From positions 3,630,001-3,662,000 of the forward strand of contig NZ_LT934425.1 of assembly GCF_900232105.1 (NCBI RefSeq): a DNA stretch of 32,000 nucleotides, written 5' to 3'. The notes below the pieces were generated by a model. The model saw nothing but the letters and a program-made list of their open reading frames with translations, was not told the origin of the DNA and made no database searches. The DNA is from Candidatus Kuenenia stuttgartensis. Lineage in GTDB: Bacteria; Planctomycetota; Brocadiia; Brocadiales; Brocadiaceae. Positions 17,160-25,083 of the stretch are shown in pieces. Every line of letters begins with the position of its first letter. The stretch's first letter is position 1. The translations under genes were made by a program, and so were the position numbers.

Positions 17160-18284
17160 CTAACCATTCTCGTCAATATATATCCTTGGTACCCGGTAAC
17201 TCACATTACAGGTTATTTCATAGGGAATGGTTTTTCGCTGCTCTGCAACAGATTCTATTGAAATAGTTTCTTTTCCCTGTCTGCCATAGATCACGACTTC
17301 GTCTCCCACCGATACGTTTTTTATCGTGGTTACGTCAATAAAACATTGATCCATACAAATTCTTCCGATAACAGGAACCTTATTTCCCCGCACAATGACC
17401 CTTCCCTGATTTGATAATAACCGGTTGTATCCATCATCGTAACCTAAAGGCAGCGTCGCTACACGGGTAGTCCGGGTGATTTTATATGATCCGCCATAGC
17501 CCAAAGTCTCTCCCGGTTCCATTGTTTTGATATGTATAATCCTTGTTTTTAAACTCATAACAGGTTTAACAGACAGGTTGCGCGATTCTTTATCTGATAC
17601 GTGTAAACCGTAGAGTGAAAGGCCAGGCCTTGCCATGGTAAAATACGAGTCATTGTAACGCAGTATTGATCCGGTATTTGCCATATGCTTCAGCGGAATT
17701 ATTATACCAGCCGTATCAAGTTTCGCAATAATGTCCTTGAAATTTCTTATTTGCCGTTCCGTGTTAGTGGAATCATTATCGTCCGCAGAAGAACAGTGTG
17801 TGTAAATCCCTTCGATAACGAGGCCGTTCATTTCGGTCAGATGTTTTATACATTCAAAAGCGACGTCATGTCTCACTCCCGTGCCGCCCATTCCCGTATC
17901 GATATAAACGTGGACATTAACGGTTTTTCCGGCAGAATGTGCATGATGTGCAAGTTTTTCGGCAAGTGTCAGATCGTAAACGGTTGGCGTGAGGTTGTAG
18001 TGAATAATCGCATCAATTTGTTCTTCAAAGAAACCGCCAAAGAGGAGTAACGGAGAAGTGATTCCTTTTTCCCTAAGGTGGACGCCTTCTTCGAGAATGG
18101 CGATGCCGAGCATTTCAACGCCATTTTTTACCAATAGCGCACCAATTTCGTAATCACCGTGACCGTATGCATTTGCCTTTACAACGCCAAGGATTTTTAT
18201 GTTTGCCCCGATGCGTCTTCTTATTTCCTGCAGATTATGTCTCAGGGCGGAAAGGTCAATCTCCGCCCATGTAGGCCTGTGCAT
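17160..18284 (-). CDS. alr: Alanine racemase
   Basis: RPTWAEIDLSALRHNLQEIRRRIG, ILGVVKANAYGHGDYEIG (PLP lysine motif), VSVKPVMSLKTRIIHIK, LGYDDGYNRLLSNQG, CMDQCFIDVT. Confidence 0.95.
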   Translation of the reverse strand: MHRPTWAEIDLSALRHNLQEIRRRIGANIKILGVVKANAYGHGDYEIGALLVKNGVEMLGIAILEEGVHLREKGITSPLLLFGGFFEEQIDAIIHYNLTPTVYDLTLAEKLAHHAHSAGKTVNVHVYIDTGMGGTGVRHDVAFECIKHLTEMNGLVIEGIYTHCSSADDNDSTNTERQIRNFKDIIAKLDTAGIIIPLKHMANTGSILRYNDSYFTMARPGLSLYGLHVSDKESRNLSVKPVMSLKTRIIHIKTMEPGETLGYGGSYKITRTTRVATLPLGYDDGYNRLLSNQGRVIVRGNKVPVIGRICMDQCFIDVTTIKNVSVGDEVVIYGRQGKETISIESVAEQRKTIPYEITCNVSYRVPRIYIDENG

Positions 18285-18298
18285 GGAAGAGTCACTCC

Positions 18299-19474
18299 TT
18301 ATCGTGGCGAATGTTCATTCAAAAATCCAATGTTACACAATACTTCAATTAATCTGTCAAGATGGTGTTTCTCGTGATTTGCCATAAGGGAGACACGCAA
18401 ACGGCAGGTTCCCTCGGGAACGGTTGGAGGCCTGATTGCGGGAATTAGTATGCCGTTTTTAAATAGTTTCAGTGAAAGAGACAGTGCGTCTTTGGCTGAC
18501 CCGGCAACAAAGGGGAAGATAGGGCTTTCGCTGGTAATGGCAGGGGTAAAATGAGACAAACGGGCGTTGAGATAACGGATATTTTCCCACAAGTTATTCA
18601 TTAGGGATAAATCTTTCCGGATTAGGCCCAGTCCGGCCAGTGACGCTGCGCATACGGCCGGTGGCAGGGCGGTGGTATAAATAAAATGCCGTGCCTTGTT
18701 TTTTAAGAAATCAATGAGCTGCTGACTGCCGGCAATAAATCCGCCAACACTGCCAACAGCCTTGCTTAATGATCCCATGATGATTTCCACCTGTCCTTCC
18801 AGTCCGTAATGTTCAATCAATCCTCTGCCGTTTTCCCCGAATACCCCGGTAGCATGGGCGTCATCCACCATGAGCAGCGCGTCGTACTTTTTTGCGACGC
18901 TGGCGATTTCCACTAAGGGGGCAGTATCGCCATCCATACTGAATACACTGTCTGTTACTACCAGTTTTCTGCGGTATGATGAAGACCTCTGCAGCAATGA
19001 CTCCAGTTTATTTATATCTTTGTGTGGATAAACACGGAACGTTGCGCCGGAATATAGGCATCCGTCAATAATACTTGCATGGTTCAGCTTATCGCCGATA
19101 ACGATGTCTTCTTTCGAGACAAGTGTACATATTGCACCAAGATTCGCCATATAGCCCGTGGGGAAAAGCAATGCGGCCTCTGTTTTTTTGAGTTGGGCAA
19201 TGTTCTTTTCCAGTTCTGTGTGCAGGGACATAGTGCCGGATACCAGCCGTGATGCGCCGGTTCCACAGCCATACTGGCGTATAGCCTCTATGGCTGCCTG
19301 CTTTACTATGGGATGGTTGGCAAGTCCCAGATAATTATTTGAGCAGAAAGAGAGATAGGGTTTTTCATTTATCTGTACAGTTGGCTCCTGAGCGCTTTCA
19401 ATCGTTATGTAATCACGCAGTAGGGAGCGGTCTTTTAATTCATCTAATATGCCGGAAATAAATTCCATAGTCAT
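18299..19474 (-). CDS. bioF: 8-amino-7-oxononanoate synthase / AONS-type alpha-oxoamine synthase
   Basis: YLSFCSNNYLGLANHP, GTGASRLVSGTMSLHTELEKNIA, DDAHATGVFGENGRGL, GSLSKAVGSVGGFIAG; next to bioB. Confidence 0.9.
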   Translation of the reverse strand: MTMEFISGILDELKDRSLLRDYITIESAQEPTVQINEKPYLSFCSNNYLGLANHPIVKQAAIEAIRQYGCGTGASRLVSGTMSLHTELEKNIAQLKKTEAALLFPTGYMANLGAICTLVSKEDIVIGDKLNHASIIDGCLYSGATFRVYPHKDINKLESLLQRSSSYRRKLVVTDSVFSMDGDTAPLVEIASVAKKYDALLMVDDAHATGVFGENGRGLIEHYGLEGQVEIIMGSLSKAVGSVGGFIAGSQQLIDFLKNKARHFIYTTALPPAVCAASLAGLGLIRKDLSLMNNLWENIRYLNARLSHFTPAITSESPIFPFVAGSAKDALSLSLKLFKNGILIPAIRPPTVPEGTCRLRVSLMANHEKHHLDRLIEVLCNIGFLNEHSPR

Positions 19475-19580
19475 AACATAAACACCTTTTCGTTTTCCGG
19501 TAACACTTTTTTTGGCAAAATATTTAGAGGTGCTATCCGATTATTGTGAAATCCTAAGTCCTCAATACACACGCAAAATT

Positions 19581-19645
19581 ACGAAAGGGGAACCGCAGAT
19601 TACACAGACTTCGTCGTGAGCTAAGTCGAACGATTACACAGATTT
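19581..19645 (+). repeat. Left arm of inverted repeat flanking bioB
   Basis: acgaaaggggaaccgcagattacacagacttcgtcgtgagctaagtcgaacgattacacagatt pairs in reverse complement with 20793-20856, about 6 mismatches in 64. Confidence 0.8.
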
Positions 19646-19648
19646 TCA

Positions 19649-19680
19649 GGTGTTTTCAGGTTTGCAAACCTGAAAACACC
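19649..19680. repeat. Perfect 32-nt palindrome (15-16 bp stem) between bioB and bioF
   Basis: GGTGTTTTCAGGTTTGCAAACCTGAAAACACC, just after the bioB stop codon in the minus orientation; no T-tract. Confidence 0.8.
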
Positions 19681-19699
19681 ATGAGGCTTGTTTTGAATT

Positions 19700-20701
19700 T
19701 CAAATCATTTCGTCATTAGAAGTTCTTTCTAATTCTAACCCCAGGTCTTTTATCATTTGCAGGTCTTCCTCTCCTGGTTTCCCTTTTGTCGTTAAATAAT
19801 TTCCAATCATTGTGCTGTTTGCCCCGGCGTAAAACATCCATGATTGCAGGCTTCTCAGATTCTTTTCCCTGCCGCCGGCGATTTTGATTTCTTTATCAGG
19901 CAAAATAAACCGGAAGAGAGAGATAATTTTTAATATTTCCATAGGAGTCAGAACTGAGCGGTTTCCCATAGGGGTGCCTGGGATGGGATGTAGAAAATTG
20001 AGTGGCACGGAATCGACGTCTAATTTTTTCAAAGTAAATGCAAGATGAATACGATCCTCCGTTTCTTCGCCAATGCCAAATATTGCACCACAGCAAATTT
20101 CGAGTCCGGCTTGTTTTGATGCGTATATTGTGTTTAAACGGTCAGCGTAGGTATGGGTAGTGCAAATGTTGCGGAAAAATCGTTCGGAGGTTTCCAAATT
20201 GTGATTTATTCTCTTTAAACCGCTCTTTGCCAGAGCATCCGCCATTTCTCTTGTTAATACGCCGAACGAGCCGTGTGGATGTATGTGTGCATCGCGGGAG
20301 ATGGTACTTATTGCGCGGCACACACGGTCCAATTCATTTTCATTGTCAATACTATATCCGCTGGTAACGATGCCAAGCGAGTGGGCACCGGTATTTTCCG
20401 CGTACAATGCGGCATCGACTATCTTATTTTCTTCAATGAGATTATATTTTTCAATTGCCGTGGGATAATATGAAGACTGGGAACAAAAGGCACAGTCTTC
20501 TGTACACGTTCCCTGTTTGGCACTTACAATAGAGCATGCCTTTACTGTTTGCCCGAAATATTTCAGGCGAATTCTGTTTGCCCAATAAAAAAGATCATAC
20601 ACTTCGTCGTTTCCTGCCTGCGATAGATAAATGGCGTCTTCATGGCTGATCTCATTGTTCTGTAACGATTGTTGGGCGATTGTTTCTATCCGGTTATGCA
20701 T
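19700..20701 (-). CDS. bioB: Biotin synthase (radical SAM)
   Basis: CTEDCAFCSQSSYY radical SAM cluster motif, HNLETSERFFRNICTTHTYADR, ICCGAIFGIGE, PLNFLHPIPGTPM, AGANSTMIGNYLTTKG. Confidence 0.95.
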   Translation of the reverse strand: MHNRIETIAQQSLQNNEISHEDAIYLSQAGNDEVYDLFYWANRIRLKYFGQTVKACSIVSAKQGTCTEDCAFCSQSSYYPTAIEKYNLIEENKIVDAALYAENTGAHSLGIVTSGYSIDNENELDRVCRAISTISRDAHIHPHGSFGVLTREMADALAKSGLKRINHNLETSERFFRNICTTHTYADRLNTIYASKQAGLEICCGAIFGIGEETEDRIHLAFTLKKLDVDSVPLNFLHPIPGTPMGNRSVLTPMEILKIISLFRFILPDKEIKIAGGREKNLRSLQSWMFYAGANSTMIGNYLTTKGKPGEEDLQMIKDLGLELERTSNDEMI

Positions 20702-20708
20702 AATTTTT

Positions 20709-20743
20709 GGTCATTGGTCATTGGTCATTGGTTATTAGTTATT
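20709..20743 (+). repeat. Heptamer tandem repeat (GGTCATT)3 + GGTTATT + AGTTATT
   Basis: Direct reading: ggtcattggtcattggtcattggttattagttatt. Confidence 0.85.
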
Positions 20744-20792
20744 CGTCCTTTTGCAGGGACGTGGTACTCCGTGCTCCTACTATTTTTTTTTT

Positions 20793-20856
20793 AATCGGTG
20801 TAATCGTTCGACTGAGCTTACGACGAAGTCTGTGCAATCTGTGGTTTCCCTTTCGT
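20793..20856 (-). repeat. Right arm of inverted repeat flanking bioB
   Basis: aatcggtgtaatcgttcgactgagcttacgacgaagtctgtgcaatctgtggtttccctttcgt. Confidence 0.8.
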
Positions 20857-20889
20857 GTTTCGTGCTTGTTTAGTTCTGTCTATGCCAGT

Positions 20890-21912
20890 TTAGGGGTGTT
20901 TCTTTCTGTATTTTAAATAGGCGTTGCGTACATTTTGCCAAACGATCTCAGGACGGTCAGACCGCACGTAAGTCATGCAATCTGTGCCTTCAAAACTCCA
21001 TGTGGCGATATTATGAATCCCGGTATTGTATGCAACGTCAACCGCCGTCATTATTTCTTCTTCCCTGTTGGCAGGAACTCTATATCCCTGTATCCATATT
21101 TGTGGTTCTTTTTTATGTTTTAATGATAGAGAGAGAACCGCTGATGAAATCTCTCTTACAAATTCCGTAACCTCTTTTTTATAGGCATACCAGTAAGGAT
21201 CGCTGCCGAATATATCCATACTTTTAATCATCGCAACCTTTTCCCATTCATATATGCCGTATCGTGGGTCTGTCGTCGGGAACAGACACACGGAATTCCT
21301 GAGTCCCTTTTGAGAAGCAGTGTTTGCCAGGTATTCCAGAAAATCAACAATAGTGGATTGGCGAAATGCCTTTACCTCACCAGTAAATTCCAGTGGCATT
21401 TCATAGCCGTATTTCTGTTTGAACAGGTCGCGGCACGTGTTGCATACACAGCCCCATACGTCCTTTTTTCTGCCCCCGAAAAGGTGGGTAAATTCCCCGA
21501 AGAAAAGGTGTGGTTCATCCCAAAAAACCCCGTCTGTGCCTGTTTTTGCCGCCAATTCAATCCAATTTGTCATGTAATCCCTGAAAGTTTTTACGTTCAA
21601 GCAGGCCTTGTATATCATCATATCGCCTTCCGCGAAGTTCAGCTTTTGTCTGCAATGCGGGTATACCTTTACAAAAGCGGAAAAAGACTCTCCGCCAAAA
21701 ACACGGCCTATGCCCCATGGATCGAGGAATACCTCAAGTCCGGCGTCATGGCTTGCTTTGACGATATCTGACATGTTTCCGGAATGGTACGTGACGTCGT
21801 GTTCGCTCATGGTGTGAACAACGAAGGTACACCCATCGTCTGCCATCTTTTCCATGTCTGTTTTTACATGACGTACTATTCTGTTAGCAAAATAACTGGC
21901 TCCGAATTTCAT
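20890..21912 (-). CDS. Hypothetical protein with TIM-barrel/glycosidase-like sequence features
   Basis: GVFWDEPHLFFGEF, SMDIFGSDPYWYAYK, IWIQGYRVPANREEEIMTAVDVAYNTGIHNIATWSFEGTDCMTYV, CVCNTCRDLFKQKYG. A start at MKFGASYFANR (21912) is more plausible than 22011. Confidence 0.6.
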   Translation of the reverse strand: MKFGASYFANRIVRHVKTDMEKMADDGCTFVVHTMSEHDVTYHSGNMSDIVKASHDAGLEVFLDPWGIGRVFGGESFSAFVKVYPHCRQKLNFAEGDMMIYKACLNVKTFRDYMTNWIELAAKTGTDGVFWDEPHLFFGEFTHLFGGRKKDVWGCVCNTCRDLFKQKYGYEMPLEFTGEVKAFRQSTIVDFLEYLANTASQKGLRNSVCLFPTTDPRYGIYEWEKVAMIKSMDIFGSDPYWYAYKKEVTEFVREISSAVLSLSLKHKKEPQIWIQGYRVPANREEEIMTAVDVAYNTGIHNIATWSFEGTDCMTYVRSDRPEIVWQNVRNAYLKYRKKHP

Positions 21913-22310
21913 GCATGCAATATTAAACTTAAGCAACATTTCTGTCAAGAGAATCAAATGAACATCCGAAAACAAAAACCCCCTGATTGTTTTCAGACAA
22001 AAGTATTCCATTTTAAAAAAACTATTATTTGTAAAACTTTTTTTCGCTTGCCAGAAAATATATTTATTGCTAACATGAATTTACTTTTAAGGGCTCTGCC
22101 ATGTACGTGGATAGAGGTATAATTTTTAAGACCTATAACAATAATTTGGGATCCCGTCTTTGTTAGTGGCGTATATAGTCTCCAGTGAGAAAAATACAAA
22201 GCTATCATTGGGAATACCACCGTAAAATACGGGTCATTTAAAAAAAACTCACACGGCATTGCGGTGGAGCCTTTATGCCTATCAATACAACTGAAACAAC
22301 AAAAATAGAC

Positions 22311-22476
22311 GTGACTTCTCAATAAGTTGAGGTTTTTATAATAATTTCTACCTTCCACAGTCCACAGTCCACAGTCGGCAATCTACAATCTGCAATTTGC
22401 CGACTGTAGATTGCCGACTGTTACAGTATTTTCATTAATAAAGAGGGTTGTTTCCCTCTGCTTATTGAGAAGTTAC
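22311..22476. repeat. MITE-like element, family B, copy 2
   Basis: Terminal inverted repeats GTGACTTCTCAATAAG / CTTATTGAGAAGTTAC (15 of 16 pair). Inside, CAGTCGGCAATCTACA... / ...TGTAGATTGCCGACTG is a second inverted repeat. Confidence 0.8.
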
Positions 22477-22626
22477 AAATAAACCTTCCCACTTGGCATT
22501 ATCAAAGAACCACCTTTTTTACCGGTCGCATATTTTCTTAAAATTTGAATTAAAAATTGCAGAATACTCACTTCGTCGGGAACATTATCCAGTACTTAAC
22601 TGTTTGTAAGGATGCATTGAGAAAAA

Positions 22627-23214
22627 ATGAAGGGAAACGACACAAGAAAAGAATTCGAAGAACTCACAATGCCGCACGTAGATTCCCTTTATAATATGGC
22701 AGTGCGTATGTCAATGAACAAAGAAGATGCGGAAGATCTTGTTCAGGAAACATACTTGAAGGCATATCGGTTTTTTAACACATTCCAAAAGGGGACAAAT
22801 GTTAAAGCATGGCTTTTTAAAATCCTAAGGAATACATTTATAAATAAATACAGAAAGACTATCAGTTCCCCAGGTGAAGTGTTTTACGAAGATATTGAAT
22901 TAGTAAGCTCTTATGTATCAAACAATAATGAACCAGACACAAAGGAATCAATTGATACATTGAAAAGCAAGGTAGAGAGCCTTGATGATATACTGGGAGA
23001 TGATATAAAGAACGCAATAGATAGTTTGCCCATCGAATATCGCGAGGCAATAATATATTCTGATATTGAAGAATTAACGTATAAAGATATCGCAGAAATT
23101 ATAAATGTTCCCATCGGAACAGTAAAATCAAGGATTAATCGCGCAAGAAGTTTGCTGAGAAAAAATTTGTGGAACTATGCGAAAGAAAGAGGCTTTGTTA
23201 AGAGGGAGAAATGA
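22627..23214 (+). CDS. ECF-type RNA polymerase sigma factor
   Basis: Sigma region 2 (YNMAVRMSMNKEDAEDLVQETYLKAYRFFNTFQKGTNVKAWLFKILRNTFINKYRK) and region 4 (IDSLPIEYREAIIYSDIEELTYKDIAEIINVPIGTVKSRINRARSLLRKNL). Confidence 0.95.
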   Translation: MKGNDTRKEFEELTMPHVDSLYNMAVRMSMNKEDAEDLVQETYLKAYRFFNTFQKGTNVKAWLFKILRNTFINKYRKTISSPGEVFYEDIELVSSYVSNNNEPDTKESIDTLKSKVESLDDILGDDIKNAIDSLPIEYREAIIYSDIEELTYKDIAEIINVPIGTVKSRINRARSLLRKNLWNYAKERGFVKREK

Positions 23215-24035
23215 TGTCTTGTATCGATGTTAATAAATATCTCTATGAATTTATGGACGGTGAGTTGGAGACCGGTCTTTATCCCAAACTGCAAAAGCAT
23301 TTAGAACAATGCATTCTTTGTAATCAACGATATGAATTTGAAAAACAAACCCGTTTATTAATAAAAGCTCATTGTAAAAACGTAACCGCCCCGCGCCATT
23401 TACGCAGCAGAATCATAGCAAATCTTGACTCCATTGACCATGAATCGGTTTCTCGCACAGCCCCCTCCCACGAACGAAAACGATTAAAAATACTATTTTC
23501 ACCCCATACTCTTGCGATAGCGGCTTCTCTATTATTAATGATTGCAGGCGGAATATTTTATCTGGCGAACAATCGACAGGCAGGCTCGGTTTCTATTGTC
23601 GATGACGCAGTTACCAATCATGTTAAAGTGCTGAATGAGAATTTAGTCTTTAATGAAAGAACATCTGTTGTTGGGAACGCCAGCAGATATTTAAGCCAAA
23701 ACATTAATACCCAGATACGCAAGTCATTAAATCCGTTGAATATAGAGCAGGTACGCATTGTAAATGACATGCCTGTAAATCATTATGGCACAAGCAGTCC
23801 GTGTATTGTATTTAACCACGAGGGGAATAAACTATCACTTCAAATTATCCGCAACATGCATTTCCCAATAGCAAAACTGGAACGTATTAGTTTTGGTCCC
23901 AGAGACTTTTACATCACTAACCGGCGTGGATTTAATACAGTTATTTGGATTGAAAATGACACTACCTATTTCCTTACATCAGACATTCATACCAATGAAA
24001 TGCTAAGATTTGCCGCAACTCTTGCTTCGCATTAA
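23211..24035 (+). CDS. Anti-sigma factor with N-terminal zinc finger (zf-HC2) and one TM segment
   Basis: YLYEFMDGELETGLYPKLQKHLEQCILCNQRYEFEKQTR (H-x3-C-x2-C), TM IAASLLLMIAGGIFYLANN; starts inside the sigma stop codon (ATGA overlap). Confidence 0.9.
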   Translation: MMSCIDVNKYLYEFMDGELETGLYPKLQKHLEQCILCNQRYEFEKQTRLLIKAHCKNVTAPRHLRSRIIANLDSIDHESVSRTAPSHERKRLKILFSPHTLAIAASLLLMIAGGIFYLANNRQAGSVSIVDDAVTNHVKVLNENLVFNERTSVVGNASRYLSQNINTQIRKSLNPLNIEQVRIVNDMPVNHYGTSSPCIVFNHEGNKLSLQIIRNMHFPIAKLERISFGPRDFYITNRRGFNTVIWIENDTTYFLTSDIHTNEMLRFAATLASH

Positions 24036-24171
24036 TTGTTGAGGCTATCTTGCCAGCAAATAATGGTGTCTTTGGCTATTGGCTTCACATCGTGTGTTTC
24101 TTTAGTACCCTTCCAACCCGCTATAAAAATATCCCCTTGATTTGTTTCGCATAATTTCTTCATATTTGAAA

Positions 24172-24275
24172 ATGGCGGTATTGTTTATAGTGTTTAATAA
24201 AAGAATAGGAGAAAAGCATTTGCCAGTTCGGGGGCAATTCATAGCAAATGCTTCTCCCATACTTGCGGGGATTAT
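24172..24275. repeat. Degenerate family A repeat, inner part only
   Basis: tttgaaaatggcggtattgtttatagtgtttaataaaagaataGGAGAAAAGCATTTGcc...gcAAATGCTTCTCCcat resembles the core of the 7526-7676 element, but the TIRs are missing. Confidence 0.5.
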
Positions 24276-24289
24276 ATAAGGGGAGAAAA

Positions 24290-24916
24290 ATGACTTTTTA
24301 TGATGTAACCGTACCCATATCAAATGCCATGATTACCTGGCCATCCGACCCTGCGGTATCGATTACTGGAACAAGCCTGATTTCCCGGGGAGATTTTTGT
24401 AATCTTTCTGAATTAAAAATAGGTTCGCATTGCGGCACTCATATTGACGCTCCCAGCCATTTTCTGGAAAACGGCAGGACAATTGACCAGCTTGCCCTTG
24501 AAAATCTGATAGGCGAAGCAACGGTATTTGAGTTTAAAAACAAAGAAAATATCGACGTAAGTGATATAAAGCAATTGCGATTTGACAATGTAAAAAGGGT
24601 TCTTTTTAAAACAGTCAACTCATCATACTGGAAATTTTCCACCTTTAAAAAAGATTTTGTTTACTTAACAAAAGATGCGGCGCAGTACTTAGTAGACAAG
24701 GGAATAAGACTTGTTGGAGTCGATTATCTTTCAGTAGAAAAATTTGAAAGCCAACTGGCAGAAACACATCACACTCTTTTGCGAAACGACGTCATTATTC
24801 TCGAAGGCCTGGATTTATCAAATGTTGAGCGTGGAAGGTATGAATTAATTGCATTGCCATTAAAAATAAAGGACGGCGATGGAAGCCCGGCACGGGTTGT
24901 TTTAAAAAGTACCTAA
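24290..24916 (+). CDS. Cyclase-family (kynurenine formamidase-like) metal hydrolase
   Basis: YDVTVPISNAMITWPSDPAV, HCGTHIDAPSHFLENGRTIDQLALENLIGEATV, VGVDYLSVEKFESQLAETHHTLLRNDVIILEGLDLSNVERGRYELIALPLKIKDGDGSPARVVL. ATG at 24290 with SD aggggag. Confidence 0.88.
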   Translation: MTFYDVTVPISNAMITWPSDPAVSITGTSLISRGDFCNLSELKIGSHCGTHIDAPSHFLENGRTIDQLALENLIGEATVFEFKNKENIDVSDIKQLRFDNVKRVLFKTVNSSYWKFSTFKKDFVYLTKDAAQYLVDKGIRLVGVDYLSVEKFESQLAETHHTLLRNDVIILEGLDLSNVERGRYELIALPLKIKDGDGSPARVVLKST

Positions 24917-24950
24917 GCTGGCATAGACAGAACCAAACAAGCGCAAAAAA

Positions 24951-24999
24951 CAGTCTACAGTCTACAGTCTACAGTCTACAGTCTACAGTCTACAGTCTA
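24951..24999 (+). repeat. Heptamer tandem repeat (CAGTCTA)7
   Basis: Seven perfect consecutive copies, then a degenerate cggtca unit. Confidence 0.95.
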
Positions 25000-25083
25000 C
25001 GGTCAAATGCACAGAAATTACTGATAACGTACTACCTTAGACACGCTGGTCTGCAACTAAATCGTTACAAAATGCGTAAATAT

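Noticed and set aside
21310-21771. 153-aa plus-strand ORF
   Set aside because: It is antisense to the longer, motif-bearing TIM-barrel-like frame on the minus strand.
21993-22358. 121-aa minus-strand ORF
   Set aside because: It starts inside the family B repeat, shares MEGRNYYK/VEGRNYYKK with the minus ORF at 14465-14656 only because both read the same repeat, and shows no protein-like features.
24951-24999. Possible CRISPR array
   Set aside because: The repeats are contiguous 7-mers with no spacers, and no cas genes are present.
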